This document shows positions 23,070 to 33,486 of a stretch of DNA of 64,000 bases, piece after piece. The position numbers and the translations under genes were made by a program. The notes under the pieces are model-generated. The model was not told the DNA's origin, did not search any database, and was given only the letters and a program-made list of their open reading frames with translations. The number at the start of each line of letters is the position of its first letter. Positions within the stretch are counted from its first letter, which is position 1. Source of the stretch: Porphyridium purpureum (lineage: Eukaryota); NCBI GenBank assembly GCA_008690995.1, contig VRMN01000001.1:1116001-1180000 (forward strand), given 5' to 3'.

Positions 23070-24311
23070 TCATAAGCCACAAAACGACGAAAAGTCTTCA
23101 TGTGCATTCCATATAGCGTCACTGAGCTCTTGCGCCACTGACACTTGCGTCAATTGTGGGAAACGTTTGCTATGCGGAATTGGAATCGTGTCTGTCACAA
23201 TGACCTGCTCAAACAGGCCTGGTTCGCTCAGGCGCTCTACAGCGGGTCCCGAAAACAGGGCGTGTGTCGCCATGCCGTACACAGCCCTTGCACCTTTGCG
23301 GCGCAACATGCGCGCACCTTCGCAAATGGTGCCTGCGGTATCTATCATATCATCCACAATGACAGCGGTTTTGCCATCCACCTCACCGATGAGATTCATG
23401 ACCTCGGCAACGTTGTGCGCCGTGCGACGCTTGTCAATGATTGCGAGTGGCGCGTCGTCAAGTAGCTTTGCCAACGCGCGTGCGCGCGCGACGCCGCCCA
23501 CATCGGGGGAAACAATAACCATATCCTTAAGCTGGTCGCCGTGCGCCTCACGCAAGTGCCGCACCAGCGGCGCTGAGCCATAAATGTGATCGAGAGGAAT
23601 ATCAAAGAAGCCGCACGTCTGCGGCGAATGGATGTCCATCACGATCACACGCTCGGTGCCGGCTGCCACAAGCATGTTTGCAATGAGCTTGCTCGAGAGC
23701 GCTTCTCGCTTGGCCACCAATCGGTCTTGCCTGGCCATGCCGTAGTATGGTATTACCACAGTGACTTGGGCGGCGTGTGCACGGCGACACGCATCAACCA
23801 TGAGAAGCAGTTCCATGACATTGTCGTTCACGGACGGGCCGCACGTGCTCTGAATCAGAAATACGTCGCAGCCGCGAACCGATTCGTCGATTCTCACGTA
23901 CGTTTCGCCATCTGCAAATCGCTTCAGGGTAATAGCATTCGGCTTTTCGAGGCCGAGCTGCTTGGCCACGCGAGCAGTCAGCTCGGGATGGCTCGAACCG
24001 CCATAAATGCGGAGCCGCCTGCTGCTAAACGCCGGCAGCCGGGAGCGCACTGCGAGCTCCTCGGGAGACAGGACGTCCACATTCACATTGACACCCAGCT
24101 CATGATGCTCCTTCACCCCCATGCGCAGTACACGACTGCTCGGGCACCTACTGCCCTTCACGCGTGATCGCTCACACAGAGCGGCGTCCGGGCGAGCCGC
24201 GCATTCCCCGCGCGCGCGCCCAATGCGGGCTGACGAGGGCCCCGTTGTCGACGACGAGGCCCATGCACTGGATCCCCACGCCCCAGCAAACGCCATATTG
24301 CCCTCTGCCAT
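23070..24311 (-). CDS. PRS: Ribose-phosphate pyrophosphokinase (class I), plastid-targeted
   Basis: FADGETYVRIDESVRGCDVFLIQ, VIPYYGMARQDR, VSPDVGGVARAR, VDDMIDTAGT; N-terminal transit peptide. Confidence 0.96.
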   Translation of the reverse strand: MAEGNMAFAGAWGSSAWASSSTTGPSSARIGRARGECAARPDAALCERSRVKGSRCPSSRVLRMGVKEHHELGVNVNVDVLSPEELAVRSRLPAFSSRRLRIYGGSSHPELTARVAKQLGLEKPNAITLKRFADGETYVRIDESVRGCDVFLIQSTCGPSVNDNVMELLLMVDACRRAHAAQVTVVIPYYGMARQDRLVAKREALSSKLIANMLVAAGTERVIVMDIHSPQTCGFFDIPLDHIYGSAPLVRHLREAHGDQLKDMVIVSPDVGGVARARALAKLLDDAPLAIIDKRRTAHNVAEVMNLIGEVDGKTAVIVDDMIDTAGTICEGARMLRRKGARAVYGMATHALFSGPAVERLSEPGLFEQVIVTDTIPIPHSKRFPQLTQVSVAQELSDAIWNAHEDFSSFCGL

Positions 24312-24685
24312 CGCAGTCAGCCCTTACGGCTCTTCCCCGTCTGACGAACCGACCGAGCGACCAATTGGTCCTCTTGTCACATGTGCGCGTGACGAGTGCC
24401 GCCCGCCCAGCCTGCTTGCCGCGGCCGGCGCGCCGCGCGGCTTACGCGTCGCTGTACACCTCCACGCGGCACTGTACTTCTGTCCGCAAGACGACCGGAC
24501 TGTACCTAAGCGTTCAGTGCTTGTCCAGCCCTTGTCGGCGACAAGGAATGAAACCGTTTGGACCGTTTGAGCCGTTTGAGAAAGACGCTAGGTGTTTGGT
24601 GTGGGAACTGAGGTGGTGATGGCTTGGCTGACATGGAGGGGATGTCGAAGTGCGTGCGGATGCGGATCGGGCGATTGAATGACAG

Positions 24686-25918
24686 ATGGCTCTGAATGAT
24701 GTGTACGTGGTGGGATATAAGCGCACGCCATTCGGGTGCATGCTCGGACAGTGCTCTGCGTATACGGCGGTGGAGCTGGGCGCATTTGCTATGGCTGGCG
24801 CGTTGGAGCACGCGTCAATAGAAGCGAACGAGGTGCACGAGGTGTTCATGGGCAATGTGTGTAGCGCCGGCACAGGGCAGAACCCGGCGAGGACCGCTGC
24901 GCACCTCGCAGGTATGCCGCATGCAATCTCTACCACGGTGAACAAAGTGTGCGCGAGCGGAATGAAGGCCGTCGAACTCGCCGCCTGCCGCATTCAGCTC
25001 GGAATGTGCGATGTCGCGGTCGCGGGAGGCATGGAAAGCATGTCCAACGTGCCGCACTACACGTCGCTCCGCACGGCCACGAAATTCGGTGACTCGACCA
25101 TGCGAGACGGACTGATGCAGGACGGACTCATGGATTTCGACTCGGAGCTGCCCATGGGTAATTTTGCAGAACGGTGTGCGCAGATGCACTCAATTTCGCG
25201 CGACCAGATGGACGAATACACAATGCTGACTTATTCCAAAGCACTGGCCGCCCAATCGTGTTTGCAGCTCGAAATCTGCAGTATGACGTCAGACACCGTT
25301 CTGAGTCGAGTGGGCAAAGCCCGCGAGCAAATCCTTCGCCGCGCAGCGGACAAGAGACCTGCGCTTATGCGTGATGAGCAACTTGACAAGTTTGATTCAG
25401 AGAAGATTCGAAAGCTGAAGCCGGTCTTTGTTCAGGAGAGTCAAGGACCGGGGACCATTACGGCTGCCAATGCTTCGGCTTTGTCTGACGGTGCGGCCGC
25501 ACTTGTGCTGGTCAGCGCGGCGGCTCTGAAGCGGCTGAATCTCAAGGCGCTGGCCAGGCTACGAGCGAGCGCCGACGCGCAACTTGCGCCAGAAGACTTC
25601 ACTTTGGCTCCTGCGGTGGCTTTTCGCACTTGTCTGCAACGTGCAAATCTGGAATCGGTTGACCTTGTCGAAATCAATGAGGCCTTTGCGGTGGTGGCCC
25701 TCGCCAACATGAAATTGCTTGATCTCGACCCTAGTCGTGTAAACCTGCATGGCGGAGCTGTGGCTCTGGGACACCCCTTGGGAGCCAGTGGTGCGCGCAT
25801 TCTCATTTCATTGATGAGCGTCCTACGAATCCATTCAAAACGGGTGGGATGTGCGGCAATCTGTAACGGAGGCGGTGGTGCTTCCGCCATGATTTTGGAA
25901 CTGCTGGCGGAGAAATGA
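24686..25918 (+). CDS. Acetyl-CoA C-acetyltransferase (thiolase II, Erg10-like)
   Basis: TVNKVCASGMKA, AGGMESMSNVP, EINEAF, GGAVALGHPLGASGAR, CNGGGGA. Confidence 0.95.
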   Translation: MALNDVYVVGYKRTPFGCMLGQCSAYTAVELGAFAMAGALEHASIEANEVHEVFMGNVCSAGTGQNPARTAAHLAGMPHAISTTVNKVCASGMKAVELAACRIQLGMCDVAVAGGMESMSNVPHYTSLRTATKFGDSTMRDGLMQDGLMDFDSELPMGNFAERCAQMHSISRDQMDEYTMLTYSKALAAQSCLQLEICSMTSDTVLSRVGKAREQILRRAADKRPALMRDEQLDKFDSEKIRKLKPVFVQESQGPGTITAANASALSDGAAALVLVSAAALKRLNLKALARLRASADAQLAPEDFTLAPAVAFRTCLQRANLESVDLVEINEAFAVVALANMKLLDLDPSRVNLHGGAVALGHPLGASGARILISLMSVLRIHSKRVGCAAICNGGGGASAMILELLAEK

Positions 25919-26008
25919 CATGTGCCGGACGATCTATAGTCGTTGAGGCTTCATCACACCTTCACCAACAACGGCAGACGAACACACAGCGCACCATTCG
26001 CAAGTTAA

Positions 26009-29000
26009 TTATGATGTCAAGTACAGCGCCAATTCGTTCACAATGTCTTGACCCAGCTTCGCGGCTTTGTTCCGGGCCAATTCATGCATTCCGCTTTGCG
26101 CAAAGGCCAGGGTCTGCTCGCGAGGGTCGCGGATCCGCATGGCCATTTTCTTCGCCTCCTCCATGGCGCCCATCTGGACAAGCGTTTCGTTACAGACCAG
26201 CAGACCAACTGGCGGTCCCCGCGCCCCATACAGATTAAACGCGACGTGCAACACAATCTGAGCTTCCTTTTTGGCCGCACCTGCTTGCAGGCAAATCCAG
26301 CAGAAGCGCCGATCGGGTATTTTTAGTTCCTTCTGCAGCCCGAGCACCAATGGCCAAACAGACGACCCCTTTGCAGAGGTATCGAGTCGACTCAGTGCAA
26401 TGGATATCAGATCACTTGCTGACGAACCCGCAAGACTGCCCAAGGGGAGCGACAAGAGCGCCTCTAGTTTTGACGCCGCCCTGCCAACGGCTGCTTCGAG
26501 CTTTAGTATCGAGAGCTCGTTCTCCCACGCGGCGTACTTCAGACTTGGAGCTCTTTCCAATAGTTGAACTTGCCGAATTAGACTCATGCTCGCCGCTTCC
26601 CCCTGCCCATCTGTCCGTCTTTGATAATCCTCTTGAAACAGTCTGTCTGTCTGTAGTCGTAGCGCGGACGTTGGAGCCGAGGTATCAAGCAAAAAGCGCT
26701 GAAAAGTGGAATGCAAAGGTGGCACTTGTGATGCTTCTGCAAGGCGCCGACGATTTTCTTGATCCACGGTTTGCTGCTCGTATGGCCCACAGGATACCAA
26801 ATGTTGCTCGAAGAAGTCTACAAACATACGGTACGCTTCCATGTTTTGGGCCAAGTATGTCTTGAGCTGGGCATCCAAACGGTCAAAGGCTTCGCGAGAG
26901 ACTGAGGTAGTACCGTGCGGGTCACGTGAAAGGTACGCAAATTCAAATAGTGTCCACAACAAATTTACGTCACCACGACCTGCAAACGCCGCCGCACACG
27001 CTTCGGCGTACATTTCAAGGCGCAGAAGCAGCTCGAGCTCTGACCTGCATAGAATCCTGGGCGGATGCACCATAATTCCTCGAGCTAGCTCGAGCAGATT
27101 CTTTTCGAGTGCCACTTTGGCAGCAAAAGCTCGAGTCGAGTGAGCACGTGTGCCGCGTGACCGGAAAAGCTCCTTTGTGCAGATGTGATGTCGCGGAGGG
27201 CTACTTTCCAGCCAATACCTTGAGATCACCTTCCAGTACTTGCGCGCTTCAGCACCGGCGTCCTGCTTCGGCACCATCTCGAATTTCGACATTGATTCCA
27301 CAAGCCATCGACATAGAACTTCCTCCAAATGTTCTGAACCACAGTACAAAGAAAGGAAAAGGGCGGCTGAGTACTCATGCATCTGCGAGAGGCGATCAAT
27401 GATTCCGAACGGTCCAATCGCTTCAAACTGTCGGCTTGAAAGAGGAATGCGGCACCCCACGTTCTCGGCGTGTCGAATGGAGTGCAGAATTCGGCTCGCA
27501 GCCATAATACGGGGGAGCATTTTCCTGAACGCAGAAATTTGTTCTTCTGTGCCACTGTTGATGTTTCCGCTCTGACGGCTTTCCTTCACAAGTGCCGTTT
27601 CTACACTCCCGCGAATATAGCCTTCGGCAGCATCAAGACCAACGGAGAATGAGATACTCGAGTTCACGGCACGCAGCAGCGCCAATTGAACCACGAATTC
27701 CCATTCATACTTTGCCGCCTGGGCGCATGTCTCAGCGGCGCCAAACATGTTTTGCTCGCTGTGTAGAAGGCGTAGAGCTTCATATCTTTCGTACGCGGAA
27801 CTGGCAATAGAGCTGTCATGTCCCGTGCCGCTCCAGAGCGAGAACAATATCGCTCCGGGATGATCTGAGCCGCGCGCAAAAACTCTTCGGTAAGCATCAT
27901 CAACAAATTCGACAATTTCCACGCCACGCGAGAAAAATAGGCGCGCGCAGTCGCGCTCACCAAATGCGATCATAGGCGCGCCCAGTCTCAGCGTATGCAA
28001 ACTTCCGTCGCGCGTCAGGAGCACTAAAGTTGAATCGTAAGCAGCAAGCACCGCATCTGAGCCACACCAAAGCAGTGCATACACAGATGACTCTTCGGCA
28101 TTCTGTTGATTGGGCAGAAACGCTTCACAGCTATCGACACCAAGAGATCGCGTTGAGCGCACAACAAGGCGACGACTTCTCAGGGCGATCGCGACAAGCT
28201 CGGTGCAAGGCGAAAGAGCCAGCATCATGCAAGCGTCGCGCTCGGACCCTCGATCGCTCGCGGAAGCAGACGAAGGGGCATGCTGCGTCGTCTTTGTTTC
28301 TTCCGTCCTCGCGCGTACAGATTGACTCGACAAGGGCGAGCTGATTTCGAACGTATAAACCTCCTTTTTTCCGGCACGATAGTTTACCAAATTCCCGGCC
28401 CGATCGATCATCATCATATTCTTCTGGAAGCGTGCCGCGACCACGCCAGCGGCATTGGGATCCCCCATGCTACTCAAGTTGGGGTTGCTTGCACTTCCAG
28501 AGCTCACCTTGCTCTCAAAAGCAAGCAGCGTCCGCCCTGAAGAAGAGCCACAATGCCCATATCGTTTTGGATCCGGTTTCAAAATCCAATCTGGCGGAAG
28601 TGTGCGAGCCGCTACCAGAGCAATGCGCTCGGCTGTCGTGGGGTCTGGAACGTAGAAAACTTGTCCGTCGTGCGTGCGGAAGACCAGCTCGCCATCACAC
28701 AGAAAGAAGCAGTCCGCAATGCTTTCTCGCTGCTGAAGAACGCTCGGTCGCGTGTTCTCCGGGGCCAAGCTGCTTCGGGACGGATTTGCGACTCGGCTTG
28801 CGAACAACTCCTGCAACAGGCCGTACGTTTCCAAGCTGCCATCTTCTCTCAAAAGCAATACAACTTGCCGCGAGGTCTGCGGTAAAGCGTACCCGGGTAC
28901 TTTGAGGTCACGCACAGCAACATGCAAGACGCGCGAATTCTTGCTCTGTCTGCATGCACGCGTGAACGCGTGGGTGACATCCTCGCTGACACCGAGCAGC

Positions 29001-29275
29001 ACACCCATAGGCGAATAAACCTGAAGAGAGCCGTCCAACGCCCATCCTGCATTCGGTACAACTGCCACAATCCCTGCATCGGTACCGATCCCTAGCACGG
29101 ACTCTCTCCAGAGCTGCAGGGGCAACAAGCTCAGTGCTGCGGTCCCATCTGCTCCTGCTGCTTCTTCCTGCCGTGTCACAGCGCGATCTTCACCACCCAC
29201 TGCTCCCACCCGTACTCGGCGCACATACTGTCCTCCCACGCGGCTCCATTTCATCGCCAGCGCGTCGCCAGTCAT
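26009..29275 (-). CDS. VPS16: Vacuolar protein sorting 16 (HOPS/CORVET), divergent
   Basis: LQVYSPMG, LLWCGSDAV, HPGAILF, CAQAAKYEWEFVVQLALLRA, IPLSSRQFE, KELKIPDRRFCW; first ATG at 29275. Confidence 0.8.
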   Translation of the reverse strand: MTGDALAMKWSRVGGQYVRRVRVGAVGGEDRAVTRQEEAAGADGTAALSLLPLQLWRESVLGIGTDAGIVAVVPNAGWALDGSLQVYSPMGVLLGVSEDVTHAFTRACRQSKNSRVLHVAVRDLKVPGYALPQTSRQVVLLLREDGSLETYGLLQELFASRVANPSRSSLAPENTRPSVLQQRESIADCFFLCDGELVFRTHDGQVFYVPDPTTAERIALVAARTLPPDWILKPDPKRYGHCGSSSGRTLLAFESKVSSGSASNPNLSSMGDPNAAGVVAARFQKNMMMIDRAGNLVNYRAGKKEVYTFEISSPLSSQSVRARTEETKTTQHAPSSASASDRGSERDACMMLALSPCTELVAIALRSRRLVVRSTRSLGVDSCEAFLPNQQNAEESSVYALLWCGSDAVLAAYDSTLVLLTRDGSLHTLRLGAPMIAFGERDCARLFFSRGVEIVEFVDDAYRRVFARGSDHPGAILFSLWSGTGHDSSIASSAYERYEALRLLHSEQNMFGAAETCAQAAKYEWEFVVQLALLRAVNSSISFSVGLDAAEGYIRGSVETALVKESRQSGNINSGTEEQISAFRKMLPRIMAASRILHSIRHAENVGCRIPLSSRQFEAIGPFGIIDRLSQMHEYSAALFLSLYCGSEHLEEVLCRWLVESMSKFEMVPKQDAGAEARKYWKVISRYWLESSPPRHHICTKELFRSRGTRAHSTRAFAAKVALEKNLLELARGIMVHPPRILCRSELELLLRLEMYAEACAAAFAGRGDVNLLWTLFEFAYLSRDPHGTTSVSREAFDRLDAQLKTYLAQNMEAYRMFVDFFEQHLVSCGPYEQQTVDQENRRRLAEASQVPPLHSTFQRFLLDTSAPTSALRLQTDRLFQEDYQRRTDGQGEAASMSLIRQVQLLERAPSLKYAAWENELSILKLEAAVGRAASKLEALLSLPLGSLAGSSASDLISIALSRLDTSAKGSSVWPLVLGLQKELKIPDRRFCWICLQAGAAKKEAQIVLHVAFNLYGARGPPVGLLVCNETLVQMGAMEEAKKMAMRIRDPREQTLAFAQSGMHELARNKAAKLGQDIVNELALYLTS

Positions 29276-29544
29276 CACTCGGACCTGCACCGCTCTGCGT
29301 CTTGGTCTTTTTCTCTCTTCGCCTTCTCCCAACGTCCGTGCCCGCCACCTTTCAGCCGCCTACGTTTAAAGTGTACACACAAAGTACAGTTACGCATACG
29401 GTACAGCTCGGGTACCGGTTACAATCGACTCGGACCGGTAAACCGGTTTAGCGCTAGTCGGCAGTGGACACCACAAAAAAGGTCGCAGTGGGGCGCGAGG
29501 GGTGTGCGTGTGCGTGTGTATGTTCGCACATCCTCGCAGTGGCG

Positions 29545-31461
29545 ATGGACGCGGATCCAAACGGCGCGGGTGCCGATGCGGGTCTCGAGTCTGCAGTGCT
29601 TCCCGTGAAGGCCATGCACGAGACAGCAGCGCCGCTGTCGGGCGCGCAGATAGCAGAAAACGAAGTGGACCAGCAGCGCGCCTCGCGCATGCGACAGGCG
29701 CTCGGCGAGTGGCAAGCATTTGGCCTGGACAGCCGCCGCGCAGAGCTAGACGAATTCGCACTCGGAATAGGCGAGCAGCAGAGCGAGACGGCCAGGACAC
29801 GCAAGCAGTTGGCAGAGCAGACGCGCGAATGCCGTCGACAGGTAGCCGCACTCATCGCGACGGGCGATAACACACAGGGAAGCGCCGGTGTCGCCGCGGC
29901 CGAGGTCGGCTCGCATTTTGGCGCGCTTCTTAAGCAGTACCAAAAGGAAATCGACCGGCTTACTGTGAGAGCCAAAGGCGCTGAGGGGGCCTTTCTCGGG
30001 CTTTACAAGGGTTTGTACGACCTGCCGGATCCGTGCGGACTCTTGGAACGCGCCATTCTTGACCGTGAGCGCGTGACGCTGCTTGAAAACGAGACCACAA
30101 TGCTAGCAGAGCAGGCCTGGGATAAGGATAGAGAGATCGAGCATTATGGTCGGGTCACTGAGGGCTTACAGGCAGAGTTGGATGCACAGAAGAATTCATT
30201 CGAGGAACACTCAGAGCTGGTCGCATTACAAGTACGCGCAGAATTGCTCAAGGGCCAGGAGCAGCTCGTCTCAGCCTACGAAATGCGTGAGCAGGAGCTT
30301 TTGCATCAGCTGAATCTTGCAAATGAACGAATGAGGGATGCAGCGGCCTCCGCTGGTGCAGTCGCGCGGGGAACGACCAATGCGGCATCCTCGGTTCCTG
30401 GCGCGAACGTTAGTGAACTAGACTTGGAGATACAAAGACTTCAAGAGGAAAATGGCCTGCTGCGGCGCGCACTGGAAGAACGAGGGCGCAGTGTCATGCC
30501 GTCTGCTTCCGAAGGAACATTGACAACAGTTCGCTCGGGAGATTCTCTGAAACTAGCGTCCATGATCAAGGAGAAACATGCCGAGGTGCGCAGCTTGCAG
30601 GCTGAGCTGGCGAACACTGTACCGCGGGCAGCCTACGAGCAGGTCAAGCATGAGCTGGAAACGCTGCGAGAGGCGCATGAGGAGGCGAAAGGGCTTGCAT
30701 GTGTGTCCACCAGAGTCAGTCTGGAGCATGTGCTCGATAATGATAAGGTTGTGGAGCTGCTGACTTTCAGAGTGAAAGCGCTAGAAGCGTCATATGTCGA
30801 AATCCGCATGCACTCGATCAAAATGGAGCAGGAGCTTGTTGAAAAGAGCACTGCCGTGACCTCGCTGGAAAGCAAGCTCATGGAAACCAAGAAGAGCGCA
30901 GCTAGCGATACCGACGCGGTGACTGATGTTTCGCGTGGTGACTTGGCCATGTCATCCATGCTTGACACGGTGACAAGGCAGCGAGACCGACTTCATGTGC
31001 ATGCTGAGCAGCTCGAATATAATGCTGTGCAACTGCTGCAAAGAATAGAGGCGTATCTGTTGGAGATCAAAACCCTCAAGGAAGAAAATATGGACTTGTT
31101 CGAACATGTTCGACGTCTCGGAGCAACGTCTGGAGTTGCAAACGGTAGCTCCATCTCCAATCGTCCCGTAAAGGCCGATGATGTGTCTGACGAGGTGATC
31201 GGCACTAACGCGGTTCTCAGCAAATACGAAACGGCTTACAAAATGCGCCGCGAGCGCGAAGGGCTTGCAGTTCGGCGTGAACAATATCGCCGTGTAGGGT
31301 CCATGAATCGTGCCGAAAGATTCACGTACCACGCGGGAGAGAAGTTGCTCCAGCATGGTATTTTGCGGCTTGCCTTCTTCGCATATTTCTGTTTGTTCCA
31401 CTTGTTCGTGTATGCCACGTTGATCTCGCGCGGCTTTGCACTCATGGAACATCCGCCATAA
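29545..31461 (+). CDS. CASP: Golgi coiled-coil protein CASP/Coy1 (CUX1 N-terminal + CASP_C)
   Basis: LLKQYQKEIDRLTVRAKGAEGAFLGLYKGLYDLPDP, MLDTVTRQRDRL, ENMDLFEHVR, C-terminal TM FFAYFCLFHLFVY with conserved Y/H. Confidence 0.88.
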   Translation: MDADPNGAGADAGLESAVLPVKAMHETAAPLSGAQIAENEVDQQRASRMRQALGEWQAFGLDSRRAELDEFALGIGEQQSETARTRKQLAEQTRECRRQVAALIATGDNTQGSAGVAAAEVGSHFGALLKQYQKEIDRLTVRAKGAEGAFLGLYKGLYDLPDPCGLLERAILDRERVTLLENETTMLAEQAWDKDREIEHYGRVTEGLQAELDAQKNSFEEHSELVALQVRAELLKGQEQLVSAYEMREQELLHQLNLANERMRDAAASAGAVARGTTNAASSVPGANVSELDLEIQRLQEENGLLRRALEERGRSVMPSASEGTLTTVRSGDSLKLASMIKEKHAEVRSLQAELANTVPRAAYEQVKHELETLREAHEEAKGLACVSTRVSLEHVLDNDKVVELLTFRVKALEASYVEIRMHSIKMEQELVEKSTAVTSLESKLMETKKSAASDTDAVTDVSRGDLAMSSMLDTVTRQRDRLHVHAEQLEYNAVQLLQRIEAYLLEIKTLKEENMDLFEHVRRLGATSGVANGSSISNRPVKADDVSDEVIGTNAVLSKYETAYKMRREREGLAVRREQYRRVGSMNRAERFTYHAGEKLLQHGILRLAFFAYFCLFHLFVYATLISRGFALMEHPP

Positions 31462-31579
31462 GGGAGAGAAGGATGATACCGTTTGAACAGAAAAGTGAAA
31501 GAAACATCCACTGGTCTGATGAGTAAGCTTGGCTCAAGAAAGTTCTTTTTTAACGCAGTTGTACTGGTCGATGTCCAAC

Positions 31580-33244
31580 CTACTTGACGAGGTCCGGCAC
31601 AATCGCACGCACGTGCGTCAAAAGCTTTTCGTAAGGGTACAAGCTCGGGTGCTGATCAGACCAAATAATTTCTATGGCGTAATTTCCCACCGGCCGCATC
31701 TCCTGCGGCCGCACCGACTCGGATATGTCGGCATCGCGAAGAACTTTTCTACCGGTCATTTCATCCACGCACAACGCGCAGCGGCACTGCCTACGCAAAT
31801 GTGCGGGAGAAACACCAAGCGGGCCACCGTTGCTAGACTTTCCGCCGTCGATGGCCGCTGCGTCTGCCTTTGATACCACCACCATATTGAGCTTCTCGTC
31901 AAACGTCACCGTGGGCTGCCGCGAGGCTCCGTGCTTGATTTTGGCTATTTCCTGAACAAGCGACTGCGCAAGATTCATGTACTTCTGCGCGATCTCACTC
32001 TTCTCGTGTGAGATGACAAATGGTGTGCCACTATCCGACGCCTCGCTCAAAGAAGGGTCTAAAGGCATCTCCGCCGTGAGCGGAATCCCAAATTGCTCCT
32101 GCAACGCCTTTGTGTACCCCTTGCCAAAGATATAGTGCTTGACACCGCTCTCGGGCGCCACAAAGTAGCTCATGTTCTGCACAACACCCACAGATGGGAC
32201 GTTGACTTTGTCGAACATAGCTACGCCTTTGACGACGTCCACAAAAGCAAGCCGCTGTGGTGTGGTCACAATCAAAGCACAGTCAATATTTAGCACCTGG
32301 CTCAGCGTGAGCTGCACGTCCCCTGTTCCAGGCGGCATGTCCAGAACTAGGTAGTCCAGCTCGCCCCAGTCAGTCGTGCTGAGCAGCTGCGAGAGCATGT
32401 TTGCGACCATGGGCCCCCGCATTACAGCTGACTGATCATTCACGTAGCCAAACGACATAAGCTTGACGCCTGCTACCTCCATCGGCTTGATCCGTCCATT
32501 CTGGAACTCGACCACACTTTTCTCCACCTTGGCCATCGTGGGAAGCGAAGGGCCATAAATATCTGCGTCCATAACGCCGACTTTGGCGCCCAGCTTCGCG
32601 AGGGCATACGCCACGTTTATGGCCGTTGTGCTCTTCCCAACACCGCCTTTGCAGCTGGCTACAGCCAAGATAGTCTGCACGCGACCAAGCGCACCTTCCA
32701 TGTTGGGTCCTGTTGGGACTGCTTTTTGCGCCGTCATGCTCACCACGACGGAGGACACGTACGGAAGTTCCATGGCAAGCTGCTCGCACTGCAGTCGAAA
32801 CTTGTCCTTGATAGGACAAGCTGGTGTCGTGAGTTCCACGTCAAATGTCAAAGCAAAGGAGGCAGACGCTTGACCGCCAGTTTCCTGGAACTTCACGTTT
32901 TTGATGAAGCCCAAGCTCACGATGTCCTGGTTCAAGTCCGGATCAATAATCACACGCAACTTGTCCTTGAGTTCCTTTTCCATCTCACCGTGGTGTTTGC
33001 TCCCCGCTTGCGACTCTGCATCCTTCGCTGTGCAGCCCCGTACTATTGCAGACTCTAAATATGGTGTCGCACCCAACAGATGCGCACGCACGTTTCGAGC
33101 GCTGGCGAACGCGGCAGCGCTCACCTGGCAGCTTTTGCTGCGGTTCGACGCATGGTTGTTCACGGTCCTCGAGCCTTCACGAGCGGCGCCTGCGGCCGGC
33201 ACAAAAGCCGCGGGCGTCCACGACGCCAAGAAATACGAGGCCAT
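31580..33244 (-). CDS. HCF101: Plastid Fe-S cluster assembly factor HCF101 (DUF59 + Mrp/NBP35 P-loop + DUF971)
   Basis: IIDPDLNQDIVSLGF, LTTPACP, SCKGGVGKST, DMPPGTGD, CRCALCVDEMTG, GNYA. Confidence 0.95.
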   Translation of the reverse strand: MASYFLASWTPAAFVPAAGAAREGSRTVNNHASNRSKSCQVSAAAFASARNVRAHLLGATPYLESAIVRGCTAKDAESQAGSKHHGEMEKELKDKLRVIIDPDLNQDIVSLGFIKNVKFQETGGQASASFALTFDVELTTPACPIKDKFRLQCEQLAMELPYVSSVVVSMTAQKAVPTGPNMEGALGRVQTILAVASCKGGVGKSTTAINVAYALAKLGAKVGVMDADIYGPSLPTMAKVEKSVVEFQNGRIKPMEVAGVKLMSFGYVNDQSAVMRGPMVANMLSQLLSTTDWGELDYLVLDMPPGTGDVQLTLSQVLNIDCALIVTTPQRLAFVDVVKGVAMFDKVNVPSVGVVQNMSYFVAPESGVKHYIFGKGYTKALQEQFGIPLTAEMPLDPSLSEASDSGTPFVISHEKSEIAQKYMNLAQSLVQEIAKIKHGASRQPTVTFDEKLNMVVVSKADAAAIDGGKSSNGGPLGVSPAHLRRQCRCALCVDEMTGRKVLRDADISESVRPQEMRPVGNYAIEIIWSDQHPSLYPYEKLLTHVRAIVPDLVK

Positions 33245-33486
33245 CACGAACTCAACGTTACCTGTCACGCAAAGGGTCGAGGGAGACCACTGAATGTGGG
33301 TGTCGCCTCGCGCTACCGCAGCGACGCCGAGCTCCCCTTTCGAGCTGAAGTTTATTACATTACCCCACTTTGATAGTGTACAGTTCTGTTCCGGAAGTCA
33401 GACTGCTCGAATTGAGAGCGTCGAACGCTGATGACGCAACGGCATTGGCTACTTTAGCGATCGTCGCGTGTCCAAGATGCGTTGCG

